A stretch of DNA of 60,768 nucleotides, the filler included, from Jimgerdemannia flammicorona (Eukaryota), in assembly GCA_003990765.1 (NCBI GenBank). It is 3 parts of 3 records of this genome, joined end to end, with 100 filler letters (N's around TTAATTAATTAA, not from the genome) between each part and the next. Parts side by side here need not be neighbours in the genome. Positions count along the whole stretch, not along the records: positions 1 to 20,196 come from RBNJ01001738.1; 2 more parts are not named here. One strand, 5' to 3'. Shown one piece after another: positions 1 through 12,779 of the stretch. Every line of letters starts with the position of its first letter. Position 1 is the first letter of the stretch. A model generated the notes under the pieces. It was not told where the DNA came from. It saw only the letters and a list, made by a program, of their open reading frames with translations, and did no database searches. The position numbers and the translations under genes are program-made.

Positions 1-308
1 TTTTAACAGACTCAATGTCCCGTGGAATTTGATTGGAAGGGAACCTAGACTATATAGGCCAAAACCCTCCCCCACCACCCATCAAGCACTGCCCACCCAT
101 TGACCTAGGCTAGCTATTGTCCAGCAGCTGGACTATACCAGACACAGCAGGGCCTATGGCAGCCTGCCCCTTATTCTGTGCACCATGCTCTCCCTATTAC
201 CAGGGGAAACCCAACCATATACCAATGACCGAAAGCACATGCCTGAGAACCTAACATATATATAAGACCATACCTGAGCCAAATAGAATAGCCCCTGCCA
301 CCTCAAAG
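1..308 (-). mobile_element. 3' part of non-autonomous poly(A) retroposon 'S' (copy 1), interrupted by LTR element A
   Basis: Reverse complement of the 3' end of copies at 29776-30962 and 59567-60745; window starts in the T-run (A tail); homology stops at TGTAAG of the A LTR. Confidence 0.8.
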
Positions 309-2370
309 TGTAAGAGGGTTGCTTTTTAGAATAACTGTTATATAGTTCTGAAAGGGTTTTCTGGAAGTTCTGGATATTCTGAAAGACCATTTTCTCATGG
401 TCAAGATCAATTTCATATGGAGTATATCCTCTACACTTATTGATTTCAAGATCAGGTTGACGTCTCAACCAAAGTCCTTTTTCGGACTAGTTCTGGATGT
501 TCGGGATTTTCTGTATTTCAGGAAGTTCAAGAAACTAAGACCAGCTTAGTTGAATTGGCATATTGCTGCAGACAATACCCAATTAGGAAATTTCATGATG
601 GAGTTAGGAGTGGGACCTAATGGGGAGCAGATTTACTTAAGAGTGGTTTGTGGGTTATTAAATGGATTTATTCGCTATTCATGATATTGTTATACTAGGA
701 GTAGTTGTGTGAAGGGATATTGTAGAGAAGTATTCAGGAATGTTCTTGTATGTTCGAGTCTGAGATTCTGAGGTCTGGAGGAGGGGGTATTTATACTAGT
801 GAGGGGCTATCTGGATTATGCTAAATATGGATGTAGCACTAAGTGCCTTGCTGAGTCGGAATGCAGTCACGTAGTACAAGGGTGATCTGATATATCAAGA
901 GATTATCTGACTACTGAGTCAGTTCACAGTCATATTGTATAAGGCTAATCTATCTATACTATGACTGCTAGACTATTTATAGGTTTAGGCACTATCTGGG
1001 TAGTCTTCAATGACATCACCATCAATTGCATCATTCCTGATGAAGTAGTCGTCTAGGAAGAGTGGTTTGTGGATTACTTCTCCTTATTGGCTGAGGTAGT
1101 AATACATTGGAACTTCATCTCCATCCCACAGGATAGCATCATCTGTTTCATATACTGGATAAGGTGTTGGGGGGCGAAGGATGGGTGTATTGTCTTCACT
1201 TTTATCGGATTCACTATCTGCATACCTTCTATAGGTTACAGCACTATGAGTCACGGGGTTGTAGTAAGCTGGCAGCTGTGGTTCATCTTACTCGTACTCA
1301 GGTAGTGGAGTTGTTGGTTCGATTTCAAGAGTTGTCTGAAGGTATAGGTTGTGTTCTCCAGTCTCTTCATTGTAGTTGAAGTAATCAGGGGTGAATGCCA
1401 GTTGGTATTCGTGCCTGTGGTCATTGTCTCAATAAGTCTCATATGTGGTTATGAACTGTTGTAAGTTCATCGGCAAGGTTGGCAGTGTGATCAGGGTTGG
1501 CAGGGATCCTTGGCTTGAGGTTATGTCCATGTCAGAGGGATCATTGTCTTCTGCTTTGTCTTCATCAAAGTGGATTATATCATAGATGTCCTTCATGGCA
1601 TATCCAACTTGGAGCATTTGCAGGATGTGATCGTCGGGGTGTGGGAAGGTTCTGTCTGTAGTCTGGACATACTTGAGATATTTGTGGTTGAGTTCTTGTA
1701 TCATGTCATCGATTTGGCCATAGGACAGGGTAGCAACCATTTCGCTGGTAGTAACTCGGAGGCAGGGAATAAAGGTGCTATACTCATAGAAAAGTTCTCA
1801 ATGTTTGCAGGCAATGAGCTTCTGGTGTTGGGACATCTGAGTAATGTCTGTATTGTGGTGGTGTTCGACCATGTCTTCTAGAAGGCGGCTGATCTGGTAG
1901 TAGCTTGAGATTTGTCTAATTCAGTGGGCCTCGCTAAGTATGTTCAGGGCATTCCATCAGGCTTCCACGAAGTAGAGGGATGCTAGGCTATGGATATTCA
2001 TGAGAGGCAGAGGGGGTGTGGCTCAGTTGACAATGGCATTCCAAATATCAGTGCAGATATGGTTATAGATCTTGGTGGTCATGTTTGTGTATTTGGAAGT
2101 TGTGGTTGTTATTTGTTTTGATTCTCTGTTTTGATATATCTCAGTGCTCGGTATATATGCATTTGGTCCTGATTAGTAAGATTCCATTTGTGTACATCTT
2201 GTGTTCTGTGACTTCATATTGACTCAGCTTTGTGAGCTGTGACTTCAGTTTGACTCAGCTTCATGATCAAGCAGATGATTTCCAGATTTGTTTGGAGGTC
2301 ACGTGTGATTTCGGTGGCTTGTTCAGAGGGTGACATGTGATTTCAGTGGCTTGGAGGTTGTGCGCTTACA
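309..2370 (-). repeat. Family A 3' LTR (2062 bp, TG...CA)
   Basis: TGTAAG at 309 and CTTACA at 2370; adjacent PPT at 2371-2384 (AAGAAGGGGAGAGT on minus); homologous to 8891-10501; TATAAATACCCCC box on minus at ~783-795. Confidence 0.92.
985..2082 (-). pseudogene. LTR(U3)-encoded accessory ORF of family A, 365 codons, unknown function
   Basis: ATG 2082 to TAA 985 in one frame with no indel (MTTKIYNHICTDIW...VIEDYPDSA*). Internal stops look like C>T/G>A products; several are sense codons in copies at 9567-10501 and 41443-42014. Includes track ORF 1429-1740. Confidence 0.75.
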
Positions 2371-2794
2371 ACTCTCCCCTTCTTAGCTTTCAACGTTCTC
2401 GTCAGAGCCTTCTAATTTTGTTCTAGTGTTGTTACACCATTTGGGAGGTCAAAAGTCCAGTAAAGTCCATTTTTTCAGAAAGTGGTATGCTCATAGTACA
2501 GTTGCCTAATGCATTGGATTCACACATTAAAGGGTCATGTATTCAATGCCATGCGCTGGAAGTGATTCTGATATCATTCACTGCTGGAGAATTTCCTCTA
2601 AGAAATCTTCTTAAATGTCTATGCCTCGTTTCTCACCAGTGGTATGGGGAGAATAGGCTTGCTTTCAGTTTTGCTATTTTTCTAGAGAGTCAGTATTCTT
2701 GTCTTGTTTTGCTGAGTTTTTTGATTTGTTTATGATAATAATGTTCGGGAGGGTAATATATACTATATACTGATAGGTGTTAGAGTATTTAGAT

Positions 2795-5700
2795 TTCAGT
2801 TGTTTAAGGAATCATATTCCTGAACTAAGTTGGTAGCATTCTGGAGGTTGGTCTTGGGTTTCCATGTGGCATCATGGATCAGGTAACCTTTCCATTTGAC
2901 AAAGTACTCAGGGTGGTTCTTGTTGCCACGTTTGTTGAGGATTTGTTCAACTTCATATTCTTCTTAGTCATTAATAATAACAAGTGCAGGTGGTTCGGTG
3001 GTTCGGTTCAGGAATAGCTTATCATCATTTTCATTGTATTGCTTGAGATGTTGAATATTGAAGACTGGGTGAATCTTAATGGTGTCTGGTAGTACCAATT
3101 TGTAAGAGGTAGGAGAGACTTGTGCAATAACTTCGAATGGTCCAATGAACTTGCTGTTCAGCTTCGTAAATGGTCTGTGCTTGAGGTTGTCAACTCGGTA
3201 TCCTCGGATGTCTAGTAGAACTTTTTCTCTAATATCAAAGGTTTCTTCTTGACAGTGTTGGTTAACATACTGTGACTGTTGTTCTTGAGCTCGTGATAAA
3301 TTCTTGATTGCGATCTGGCTTAGATTATGCATTCAGAGCAGGAATTCTTCAACAGCTTCAACTGTGGAGGGTTCATCAGTATTTCGGATGAGTGTCAGAG
3401 GGGTGTTTGGGTTTTGTCCAGTGTTGGCGAAGAATGGGGTCATTCCAAGAGAGGCTTGCTTGCTGTTGTTATATGCAAACTCAACTGTGGTGAGGTATTC
3501 ATGCCAATCATCCTATCTGTAGGAAACATAGTTCCTTAGCATTTGTTCCAGAGTTTGGTTCATTCTTTCGGTTAGGCTGTCAGTTTCAGAGTGAAAGGCT
3601 GTGGATAGTGCGAGTTTCGTTCCAAGGTGTGCATGGAGGGCTTTCCAAAAATGGCTAGTGAATTTCGGGTCTCAGTCACTAATGATGATCTTAGGAAGGC
3701 CATGATAGCGGAAGATATTGTCAAACAAGAGTGTGGCTATGTCTGGTGCTGTTGCAGTAGTAGTAGTTGGTATAAAGTGGGCTTGTTTGCTGAGATAGTC
3801 CATAAAGACAACAATTGCATCCTTTCTGTTCTTGGTTTGGGGTAGTTGTATAATAAAGTCCATAGAGATTTGTTTCCAATTTGCAGATGGTACTAGGATA
3901 GGGTAGAGTAGGCCAGGTTTTGCTAGTGTTGAGGACTTGTTCCATTGGCAGGCATCACAGGAAGTGATATAGGTCTTGAGCTGATCTGCCATGCAGAGCC
4001 AATAGAAGTTTCAGGAGATAACTTCATATCATTTATCAAATCCTAAATGTCCAGCTGTGGGGGCATCATGACATTCGAATAGGATAGTCCTTCAGAGGTC
4101 TTGGTTGTTTGGGACATATAATCTGTTCTTGTAGTAGATAGCATTATCCTTGAGTTGATACTGATTGTACCGGATATGCTTGTCAGCATCATCACTGTTC
4201 AGGATTTCATAGAGTGCTTGAGCTTCTTTATCATCAGCACATGCTGTGATAATTTGTTCCATGATAGAGTTTGTAACCAAGGTGAGAGTTTGGATGACTT
4301 CTTCAATGGGTGGTCTGGAGATTGCATTGGCAACAATATTTTCCTTGTCAGCATGGTACTGGATTTTATAGTCAAAGTTGGTGAGGACTTTCATCCATCT
4401 GGCTTGCTTTCAAGAAAGGATAGCCTGGGTCTTGATGTTGACTAGTGACTTGTGGTCAGTTAGTACAGTAAAGTGTGCTCCTTCTAGATATGGTCGCCAT
4501 TTAATCAGAGTGTCGACGATGGCTAGCATTTCCTTCTCATAAGTTGCATAATTGATTTCGGCATCATTGAACTTGCAGGAGTGATAGGCAACTGGGTGTC
4601 CTTCTTGCATGAGTATCGCTCTAAGAGCTAGGTCAGAGGCATTAGTAGTAACTTCATATGGTAGAGCAGGATTTGCCACTTGAAGTACTGGAGTGGTTAT
4701 CAAAGCATCCTTTAGTGCTTGAAAGGCAGTATCTTGTTCAGGTCCCCAATTTACAAGGTTGTTGAAGTCTTTTTCTTGTTTTGCGGTCCAGGGCTGTTCT
4801 TTTTCTTGCTGTGCTTTGTCATTTGAGTGAGGGCAGTAGCAATTTTGGTGAAGTTGGCAACAAATCACCTGTAATAGTTTGCTAATCCCAGGAATGACTA
4901 GAGGTCCTTCAGCTTCTTGGGCCTGGGCCAATCCTTGATTGTAGAGATTTTGCTAAGGTCTACTTTAATTCTATTTGGAGTGACAATGTGTCCAAGGAAT
5001 TGAATTTCTTTTAGGAGAAATTCGCACTTGCTGAGTTTTGCAAAGAGTTGGCTTTCTTGGAGTTTCAGTAGTACTAGTTCAAGGTGTTCAAGATGTTCCT
5101 CCAGGGTTTTGCTGAAGACTAGGATGTCGTCAATATAGACAACAACGAATTTGTCCAAATATGGGTGCAGGATAGTATTCATCAGTGTCTGGAAGGTTGC
5201 AGGAGCATTAGTTAAGCCAAAAGGCATAACCAGAAACTCGAAGTGTCCATAGTGAGTTCAGAAGGCTGTCTTGTAGATGTCTTCTTCTTTCATGGCAATT
5301 TGCCAGTAACTATTTTGTAAGTCAAAAGAGCTCATGAATTGTGGGTTGGTGAGTCTATTGAATATCTCATCAATTCTAGGTAGTGGGCAGCAGTTCTTGA
5401 TGGTCTGTTCGTTGAGGTCATGGTAATCAATGCACATTCACAGGTCTCCTCCTTTCTTTACAACAAAGAGGACTGGTGCACCATAGGGTGATATACTGGG
5501 TCTGATGAATCCTTGTTCTAGGAGTTCATCGATTTCCTTTTTGAGTACATCAATTTCTCTCAGAGACATGTGGTAGATTGACTTGAAGGCTGGTTTAGCA
5601 TCTGGAATAGTTTTGATGGCATAGTCTACTGCTCATTTGGGAGGTAGGCCTTTTGGGAGCTTCTTTGGGAATATGTCTCAGAATTTCTGGAGTAGTGGTC

Positions 5701-7927
5701 TGACATGGCTGTTAACTTTGGAAAAGTCTTCTTCAGAGTTCTCAGGTTCTCCTTTGGATGGATGGATAGAGATAGCAAAGAGAGGGAATTTCTTGGCCAA
5801 TTTCTTAAGTTGTAGCTTGTTGATGTGAGTGATCTTTGGTCTGGGGTCACTAGAACTGAGTATGTCCTTTTTGCCTTGCAGCTTGAAGTTGTAGCATTCT
5901 TTCTTGATGGTTAGAGAATGGTTTACCCAATCGATCATGGGGTTCTCTTATTTTAACCATGGAGTCCCAAGGATGATTTCATTATCTGGGAGTGGAACGA
6001 TTTGGAGAGTATTATATACTTGATAATCACCAATTCGGAAGGGCAGATTACAGACTTCTTTACTAATGACATGTGAGGTTCCATCAGCTGTGGCAACTGC
6101 TTGAGTTTGTTGTACTGGAGAGGTGAAGATCTTGAGTCTGTTAGCTGTTTCTTCATTGATGAAGTTGTCTGAGGCACTACTGTCTATCATAATCTTGACA
6201 GGTGCTCGGTTGACAAAAGTCTTAAGTGTGAGCAGTTTGTCTGATCCAATGGTAGTGATTTCGGTTGTAGACACTTTCCTTCTGTTGGTTCTTCTTTGAG
6301 CCAGTTTGTTAACACAAGAGAAGCAATCATCAATCATTTGAGAAGAGTACATTCCAATGCTATGGGAGCATCGGCCACTTGGTACATATCCATCTTCAAT
6401 TTTCTTGTAGAATTGTTCTTCTTTGTTTATGGTAGGTTGGGCTGTGGCCTTGTTTGATGAGCCAAATCCTTTGGATCCTCAGATGGTAGGTAGTAGTTTA
6501 GGGACTTCCTTGACTGTCAAAGTTGACTCAATTTTCTTGAATAAGATCTGGGCAATGCAGAAACCTATGGGGATCTTGAAGAGTGTCCAACTATGGTTTC
6601 GGATGAGGACAATAATTTCACCTGTATAATCTTCGTCAATGACTCCTCCTTCTACTGAGAGTCCTTTTAATGCTAGACTGCTGCGACAGCATATTCTTCC
6701 AACATGTCCTTCAGGAATTTGGATACTGATTCCTATGTAGACTTGCTTGACTTCTCAGTTGGAAACTGTAGCTTCTTCGGCTGCATACAGGTCATATCCA
6801 GCTGCTTTTTAACTTCCTTTGGTTGGGGCCTTAGCAGTTTGTCTTAACTTGACAAAGTCTAGTGTTCTGGTGGTCAGATTGTTGAGGTGGTGCAGAGTAG
6901 TAACAGTTGCTTGTATTGCTGTTCAGGGTTTTTGGTTGGGGCAGGCGCTGGCCATGTGTCCTGTCTTTCAGTAATAGAAGCATGCTCCACTTCTTCGAAG
7001 TTCATTCCTTTTGCCTTCAGTGAGTTTCTTGAAGGTACTTGGCTGCATGGGTTCATGATTTCTGGGTGTCCAAGAGGTGGATGTAGAGGGAGCTCGGGAT
7101 ACTTCATACTTGGGTTTTTCTTTCTTGGTCCAAGTCTTTTCCTTACTATTGAATTGTCTTCAGGGCAGAATTGGTCCAGCTGTTAGGATTCACTTAACCA
7201 TGGTCTTGATTCTTGCCAGGCACTATTGTTGGTGATTGCAACCAACTGGGCAGCCTTGTTCTCAGATTTTTCTAGTAAGCCATTCAGGCAGTGCATCATA
7301 TAAATGGTCTGCTCTTGTACCATTTCGTGCTTCATCATTGGCAATATATCCTAGGCCAACAGTGTTCAGGAGTGACTTGAGTTTTGTACAGAAGGTTTCG
7401 AATTCTTCTTTGCCATATATATCGAATTTGAGGTTATGGAGTTTTACTTGAGATTTGGCAATCATGGTTTCACTGCGATATTGAGCAATCATGAGTTGTT
7501 TGAGTCCAGGGGCTGCAGGATGAGCTCCATATCCTGGGGTATTGTTTGCTGCATTCTGAGCAACTACTGCAGATTGGGTGTCCCATGTGAGGGGTTTTTC
7601 AGGAAGGGTTCGCCACCATTCTTCAGCGGGTCCTCGGAAGAAGGTAACAACTCAGCGGACATAGGCTGTAGTGGTAGCAAAGAGTTGTTCTAGAGTGTGG
7701 TCTTGATTGTTTATCAGAATGCAGTCAGCAACTCGCTCATTGGTCCATTGATTGGCTTCGAAGTTGGTATCAACTACACTAATGAAGCTTTGGACTTCTT
7801 ATACAGTGCCATTGAAGGTAGGTAGGCTCAGATTTTTTGTAGGTCAGGTCTGTTCAGCTAAGGCAGTAATGGTTGCTGCCATTATGGCCACCTGGGCTGT
7901 GAGGTCTAGAATCTGTTGGTTCACCAT
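2795..7927 (-). pseudogene. Family A gag-pol: Gag, CCHC knuckle, dUTPase, aspartic protease, RT, RNase H, integrase, chromodomain
   Basis: IMIDSSASDNFI (PR), [23 protein letters not shown] (RT), TNASDLAL..YEKEMLAIV (RH), ISMDFIIQLP (INT), KFIGPFEV (GPY/F), EYEVEQILNK..YFVKWKGY..DATW (chromo, ~2810-2966). Confidence 0.95.
6455..6865 (-). pseudogene. dUTPase domain within family A polyprotein (between NC and PR)
   Basis: Motifs AGYDLY, GRICCRSSLALKG, GGVIDEDYTGEI, IAQI, (R)GSKGFGSS read by hand. Confidence 0.9.
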
Positions 7928-8875
7928 ATTGTTTACTGGAGGTGGTTGGACTACTGGTAGTAGTGTTACTGTTACTACTTGGGGTACTGGTGCAGAGTGT
8001 GAGAATGTTCTTTGGGTCTGTGTAAGTTGCTGGAGTAGTAGTTGTGGGTCTGGGGTGACAGCTTGATAGATAGCTGTTTGTTGCTGTGTAGGTGTATTCT
8101 GTCCTGATGGATGTGCTTCTCCTTTAGTAGTATGTCTGGGATCAAATTCACTGAGATACTCCTTCTCTTCTTTGGTTTGGTCCCCGTGTAATTAGGTTTG
8201 CTCGGCGTCAAAGTAGATGGAATCAGTTGTATATCTGATTTCAGAAGGACTTAATTCAAAGTCAAGTTCTGGTTCGGTATTAGTTTCAGGTTCAGGTAGG
8301 GCTGTAGCAGGGCCTGCTTCTGGTTCAGAGTCAGATAGTTGATGAAGGGTTTCTCTTGCTTCTTCTTTAAGAATATGGCAGGCCTTGCTGTTCTAGAATC
8401 AGTAGTATAATGCAGTCTTGGTCCTGGTATGGTAGAAGTCGGTAGAGTTGAGCTACTTGGCTACAGAGGCTTGGGCTTCATGAGGAATTATGGCTAGGAA
8501 GACTGCTGCTGGTTGTCCTAGGTCGCTCAGATTTATAGAGCTGACAAAACTCTTGTTAAGAAGAGTAAAGAAGGCTTCAATAAGACCTTCTTTATCTTGA
8601 CTTGCTGGGTATAGTGCAAGGAGTTTGGTGAATAGGGTTTCACCTATTTGCTGGTTTAATCGGAGTACTTCTTTCTTTGAATGAAGTTTGTCCTACTTGT
8701 TGCAGGTGTGGAGGTCAAATTGTCCTTGTACATCAGGTTCAATTCTCTCCAGATTGTCAGATGGTTCAGGATAAATTCCAGCTCAGAGGTTGGGCTTTAT
8801 ACCAACTTATAGAAATTCGCAGAGGGGTTTGTAGCGGGGTGAGGAAGCATCTTGAAGTGGAATTTGGATTGTAAA

Positions 8876-8887
8876 CCGCTGCTACCA
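8876..8887 (-). promoter_or_regulatory. Primer-binding site, probably initiator tRNA-Met
   Basis: TGGTAGCAGCGG 3 nt after the LTR end; same motif in family B at 18848-18859, 24905-24916 and 38390-38401. Confidence 0.75.
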
Positions 8888-8890
8888 AGT

Positions 8891-10501
8891 TGTAAGAGGG
8901 TTGCTTTTTAGGGTAACCATTACATAGTTCTGGAAGGGTTTTATGGAAGTTCTGGATATTCTGGAAGACTGTTTTCTTATAGTCAAGATCAATTTCATAT
9001 GGAGTACATCCTCTACACTTATTGATTTCAAGATCAGGTTGACGTCTCAACCAAAGTCCTTTTTCAGACTAGTTCTGGATGTTCAGGATTTTTCATATTT
9101 CAGGAAGTTCAAGAAACTAAGACCAGCTTAATTGAATTGGCATATCACTGCAGACAATACCCAATTAGGAAATTTTGTGATGGGGTTAGGAGTAGGACCT
9201 AATGGGGAGCAGATTTACTTAAGAGTGGTTTGTGAGTTATTAAATGGATTTATTCACTATTCATGATATTGTTTTACTAGGAGTAGTTGTGTGAAGGGAT
9301 ATTGTGGGGAAGTATTCAGGAATGTTCTTGTGTGTTTGAATCTGAGATTCTGAGGTCTAGGGGAGTAGGTATTTATACTAGTGAGGAGCTATCTGGACTA
9401 TACTAAATATGGATGTAGCACTAAGTGCCTTGCTGAGTTGGAATGCAGTCACATAGTACAAGGGTGATCTGACATGTCAAGAGATCATCTAACTGCTGAG
9501 TCAGTTCACAGTCACGTCATACAAGGCTAATCTATCTATACTATAACTGCTAGACTATTTATAGGCTTAGGTACTATCTGGGTAGTCTTTGATGACATTA
9601 CCATCGATTGCATCATTCCTGATGAAGTAGTCATCTAGAAAGAGTGGTTCGCAGATTACTTCTCCTTGTTGGCTGAGATAGTAATACATTGGAACTTCAT
9701 CTCCATCCCACAGGATAGCATTGTCTGTTTCATATGCTGGATAAAGTGTTGGGGGTGAAGGATGGGTGTATCGTCTTCGCTTTCATCAGATTCACTGTCT
9801 GCATACCTTCTATAGATTACAGTACTATGAGTCACAGGGTTGTAGTAAGCTGGTGGCTGTGGTTCATCTCGCTCGTACTCAGGTGGTGGAGTTGTTGGTT
9901 CGATTTCGAGAGTTGTCTGAAGGTACAGGTTGTGTTCTCCGGTCTCTTCATTATAGTTGAAGTAATTGGGAGTGAATGCTGGTTGGTATTTGTGCTAGTA
10001 GTCATTGTCCCAATAAGTCTCGTATGCAGTTATGAACTATTGTAAGTTCATCGGCAAGGTTGGCAGTGTGATCAGGGTTGGCAGGGATCCTTGGCTTGAG
10101 GTCATGTCTACATCAGAGGGATTATTGTCTTCTGCTTCATCTTCATCGAAGTAGATTATATCATAGATATCCTTCATGGCATATCCAACTTGGGGCATTT
10201 GCAGGATGTAATCGTTGGGGTTTGGGAAGGTCCTGTCTATAGTCTAGACATACTCGAGATATTTGTGGTTGAGTTCTTGTATCATGTCATCGATTTGGCT
10301 GTAGGACAGAGTAGCAACCATTTCGCTGGTAGTAACTCAGAGGCAGAGAATAAAGGTGCTATACTCATAGAAAAGTTCTTGATGTTTGCAGGCGATGAGC
10401 TTCTGGTGTTGGGACATCTGAATAATGTCTGTATCATGGTGGTGTTCGACCATGTCTTCTAGAAGGCAGCTGATATGGTAGTAGCTTGAGATTTGTCTGA
10501 T
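8891..10501 (-). repeat. Family A 5' LTR, truncated by the family B LTR
   Basis: Colinear with 309-1920; ends abruptly at TGTAATAAC (10502). Confidence 0.92.
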
Positions 10502-11317
10502 TGTAATAACTCTCACTTCTATCCCTCTTATCCTTTGGATAATTAGGGAAGTAGACTATTACTTAGGGACTTAGTATACAATGTGTACCAAGAAGCCTTC
10601 AGTTTGAGGAAGCGCTTGCTTAAAGTAGTTGTAGTGGCAGTGCCTTATCTTTCAAAGGTCTTTTTCTGGTTTGCCTTCTGTTTCAAAGGTCTTTCTCTTG
10701 TGTCCTATTTCGAGGGTCTTGTTCTTTGCTGTGCACAGACTGAATTCGCCTTGGAATTCAGGTTCAATGGGTTTACTTAAGTCTTTGTGATTTGTATACC
10801 AGTCTCAGTTCTGGCAGAAGTTAGCTAAGCTTCTGGAGTTTAGTCAGAAACACTAGAGTCACTTAGATATCATTACTAAGACTCAGGGGAATGTGTGTAT
10901 GTGGGGGGGACTTGATTCTTGTATCAAGGACTGAACTAAAACTGCTTTATTTCGAATGGAAACTGGGGGGTATTTATACAAGTTGGTCCATGATTTCTGA
11001 CTAAGTATGAGTGACTAATTTGGTAACTATAATGAGGTTTGTGATCATGACCTTTGTCAGGTGGTTTTTAGCAAAAACAACTTTGTGATCAGGACCTCAA
11101 TTACTAGGCAATGATCAGCTGCTGTGGCAACTGTTACTGCGGCGCCGATTATTGGGAATAAGCTGGATATCATTTTCCATGTTGTTTCGCATTGTTTGCA
11201 TCATTTGTCATTTGTAATTCATATGTTGTGCTTTGTTCATATGATGATGTCATTGCTCGCTGGGTCACGTGATCGCTTGTTGTTCGTCGCATCCCATCTG
11301 TTTGTCATTCTATTATA
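10502..11317 (-). repeat. Family B 3' LTR (B1)
   Basis: TGTAATAAC...TATTATA (element-start TG mutated to TA) followed by a pyrimidine run (PPT on minus). Confidence 0.9.
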
Positions 11318-11328
11318 TCCTTCCCTCT

Positions 11329-12138
11329 TTAGAAATCAACGTTCTCGTTGATTGAGAAATTGAGAACCAGGGGAGAGAAAGGTGGGGAATCTTCCTCAGG
11401 GGCAGGGGGGGTGGTTGTTGCTGATGGCTCACTGTCCAGGATGGAGAAGTCAATAAGGTCTGCAAATGGTTCTTGTATTGGAATAGGTGCTGGTGTAGGG
11501 GTTCTCCATCTGATATGGTTGGGGCCATCCAAGTAGGGCTCTTGATCTTCATGTCTGGGAATATCCATTTGGATAGGTGGTCCTTCAAAGAGGTCAGAGA
11601 GACCTTGGAGCCATTGGTCAGGGTTGTCATTCAGGAGGGGGCTCCAGTAGGGTTCACAGTCAGTAGACTTGAGGGCAATCCAGGAGTTGGCTTCTTGGGC
11701 AACCTTGACTTCTAGGGCATCGACCTCGGGGAAAGAGAGGTTCTGGAAGTTCTTCAGTTATATGTAGTTGAGGTTGGGGATTGTGAAGGGTGCATGGTGC
11801 ATGATTTGATAGACCTTCTCGGCAAGTCTTTGCTCGTACCTATCTAGGTGAGTCCAGTCAGAGACTTGGTCTGTAGGCTGGTCCTTTGCCCATTGGAGGA
11901 GTTAATGGCCAATCTCGTATTCATGCCAGATTTCTAGGCGGCTGGTAGCAAGGTAGGCTCTTTCAATGACTTCACAGTGGTTGAGGACATAGTGTCCTAG
12001 GTCCTGGCTGGAGAGGTTAAGGGCCTCTGAGTGGCGATTCCTTCCTTAGATGGCAACCTAGATATGTTCAAAGAGGTGGTCAACCTGGCTTGAGAGGGGC
12101 TGGCTACAGCAGGCAGTTTGGCGGCAGGTAGCAGGCAT
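11329..12138 (-). pseudogene. Family B 3' accessory ORF3 (269 codons), unknown function
   Basis: ATG 12138 to TAA 11329 in a single frame with a few CAA/CAG-type stops; TATAAATACC ~65 bp upstream (12201-12210); second copy at 32818-33604. Confidence 0.72.
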
Positions 12139-12779
12139 TCTTGTCTTGTCTTTTCTTTGTGAGGAAAGGGGGATGAGAGTTGTGGGGTATTCTTGCCTTG
12201 GGTATTTATACTTATTTGCCCATCTGATGTGACCTTCCTTTGATCACACTTTCTGGCAAAATGCATGACCTGTGCTGTAAGCAGAGCATGTGCTGGTTAC
12301 ATGAGGAAATCCTGATTTCAAAGATCTCGTCACCCGTCTGTGGTTACATAGGGTTAACAGGTCTTGGTCTACTTTTTTTTTGTCTGGTTGGTGCATTTGT
12401 GAGGACTGACCATCCTTGTCTAGGGCAAGGGCTCCCATTGTTGTGGCTGGAGGTTCGAACCTCTTGGAAATAGACTTTCTTGTAATCCGAGGCAATTTTT
12501 TAGTAACAATATCTGTCACGTGGATGGACTTAGACTGGTTTCGACATTGTCGGCTTTCCTAAGTTTCACATAAAGCGTCTGTCATCATCCAGTGGAGATG
12601 ACACAGATGGCGTGAAATGGAGTTGTTCAAATGCGTTTTGCTGTACTGTACTAGATTGTTCTTTTGCTCAATATCTTCTTGTTGGTTATCTATAGTGTTC
12701 CTTTTTTCGCAATGTTTGGTATTATATGTTTCCAGATAAAAATATGTGGTATCCTTCTGCTTGCTGTGTGCTCCTATAC

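Larger units (their letters stand above)
309..10501 (-). mobile_element. Ty3/Gypsy chromovirus family A, degenerate, 5' LTR interrupted by a family-B LTR
   Basis: Two homologous LTRs starting TGTAAGAGGG at 309 and 8891, PBS, PPT, and gag-CCHC-dUTPase-PR-RT-RH-INT-chromodomain fragments on the minus strand. Confidence 0.95.

Noticed and set aside
154..468. 104-aa ORF (and the related 8766-9050)
   Set aside because: Crosses the LTR/flank junction and has different C-termini in the two copies, so likely fortuitous
11329..12138. ORF3 as an envelope gene
   Set aside because: No signal peptide, hydrophobic transmembrane stretch or furin/fusion pattern in any of the three accessory ORFs
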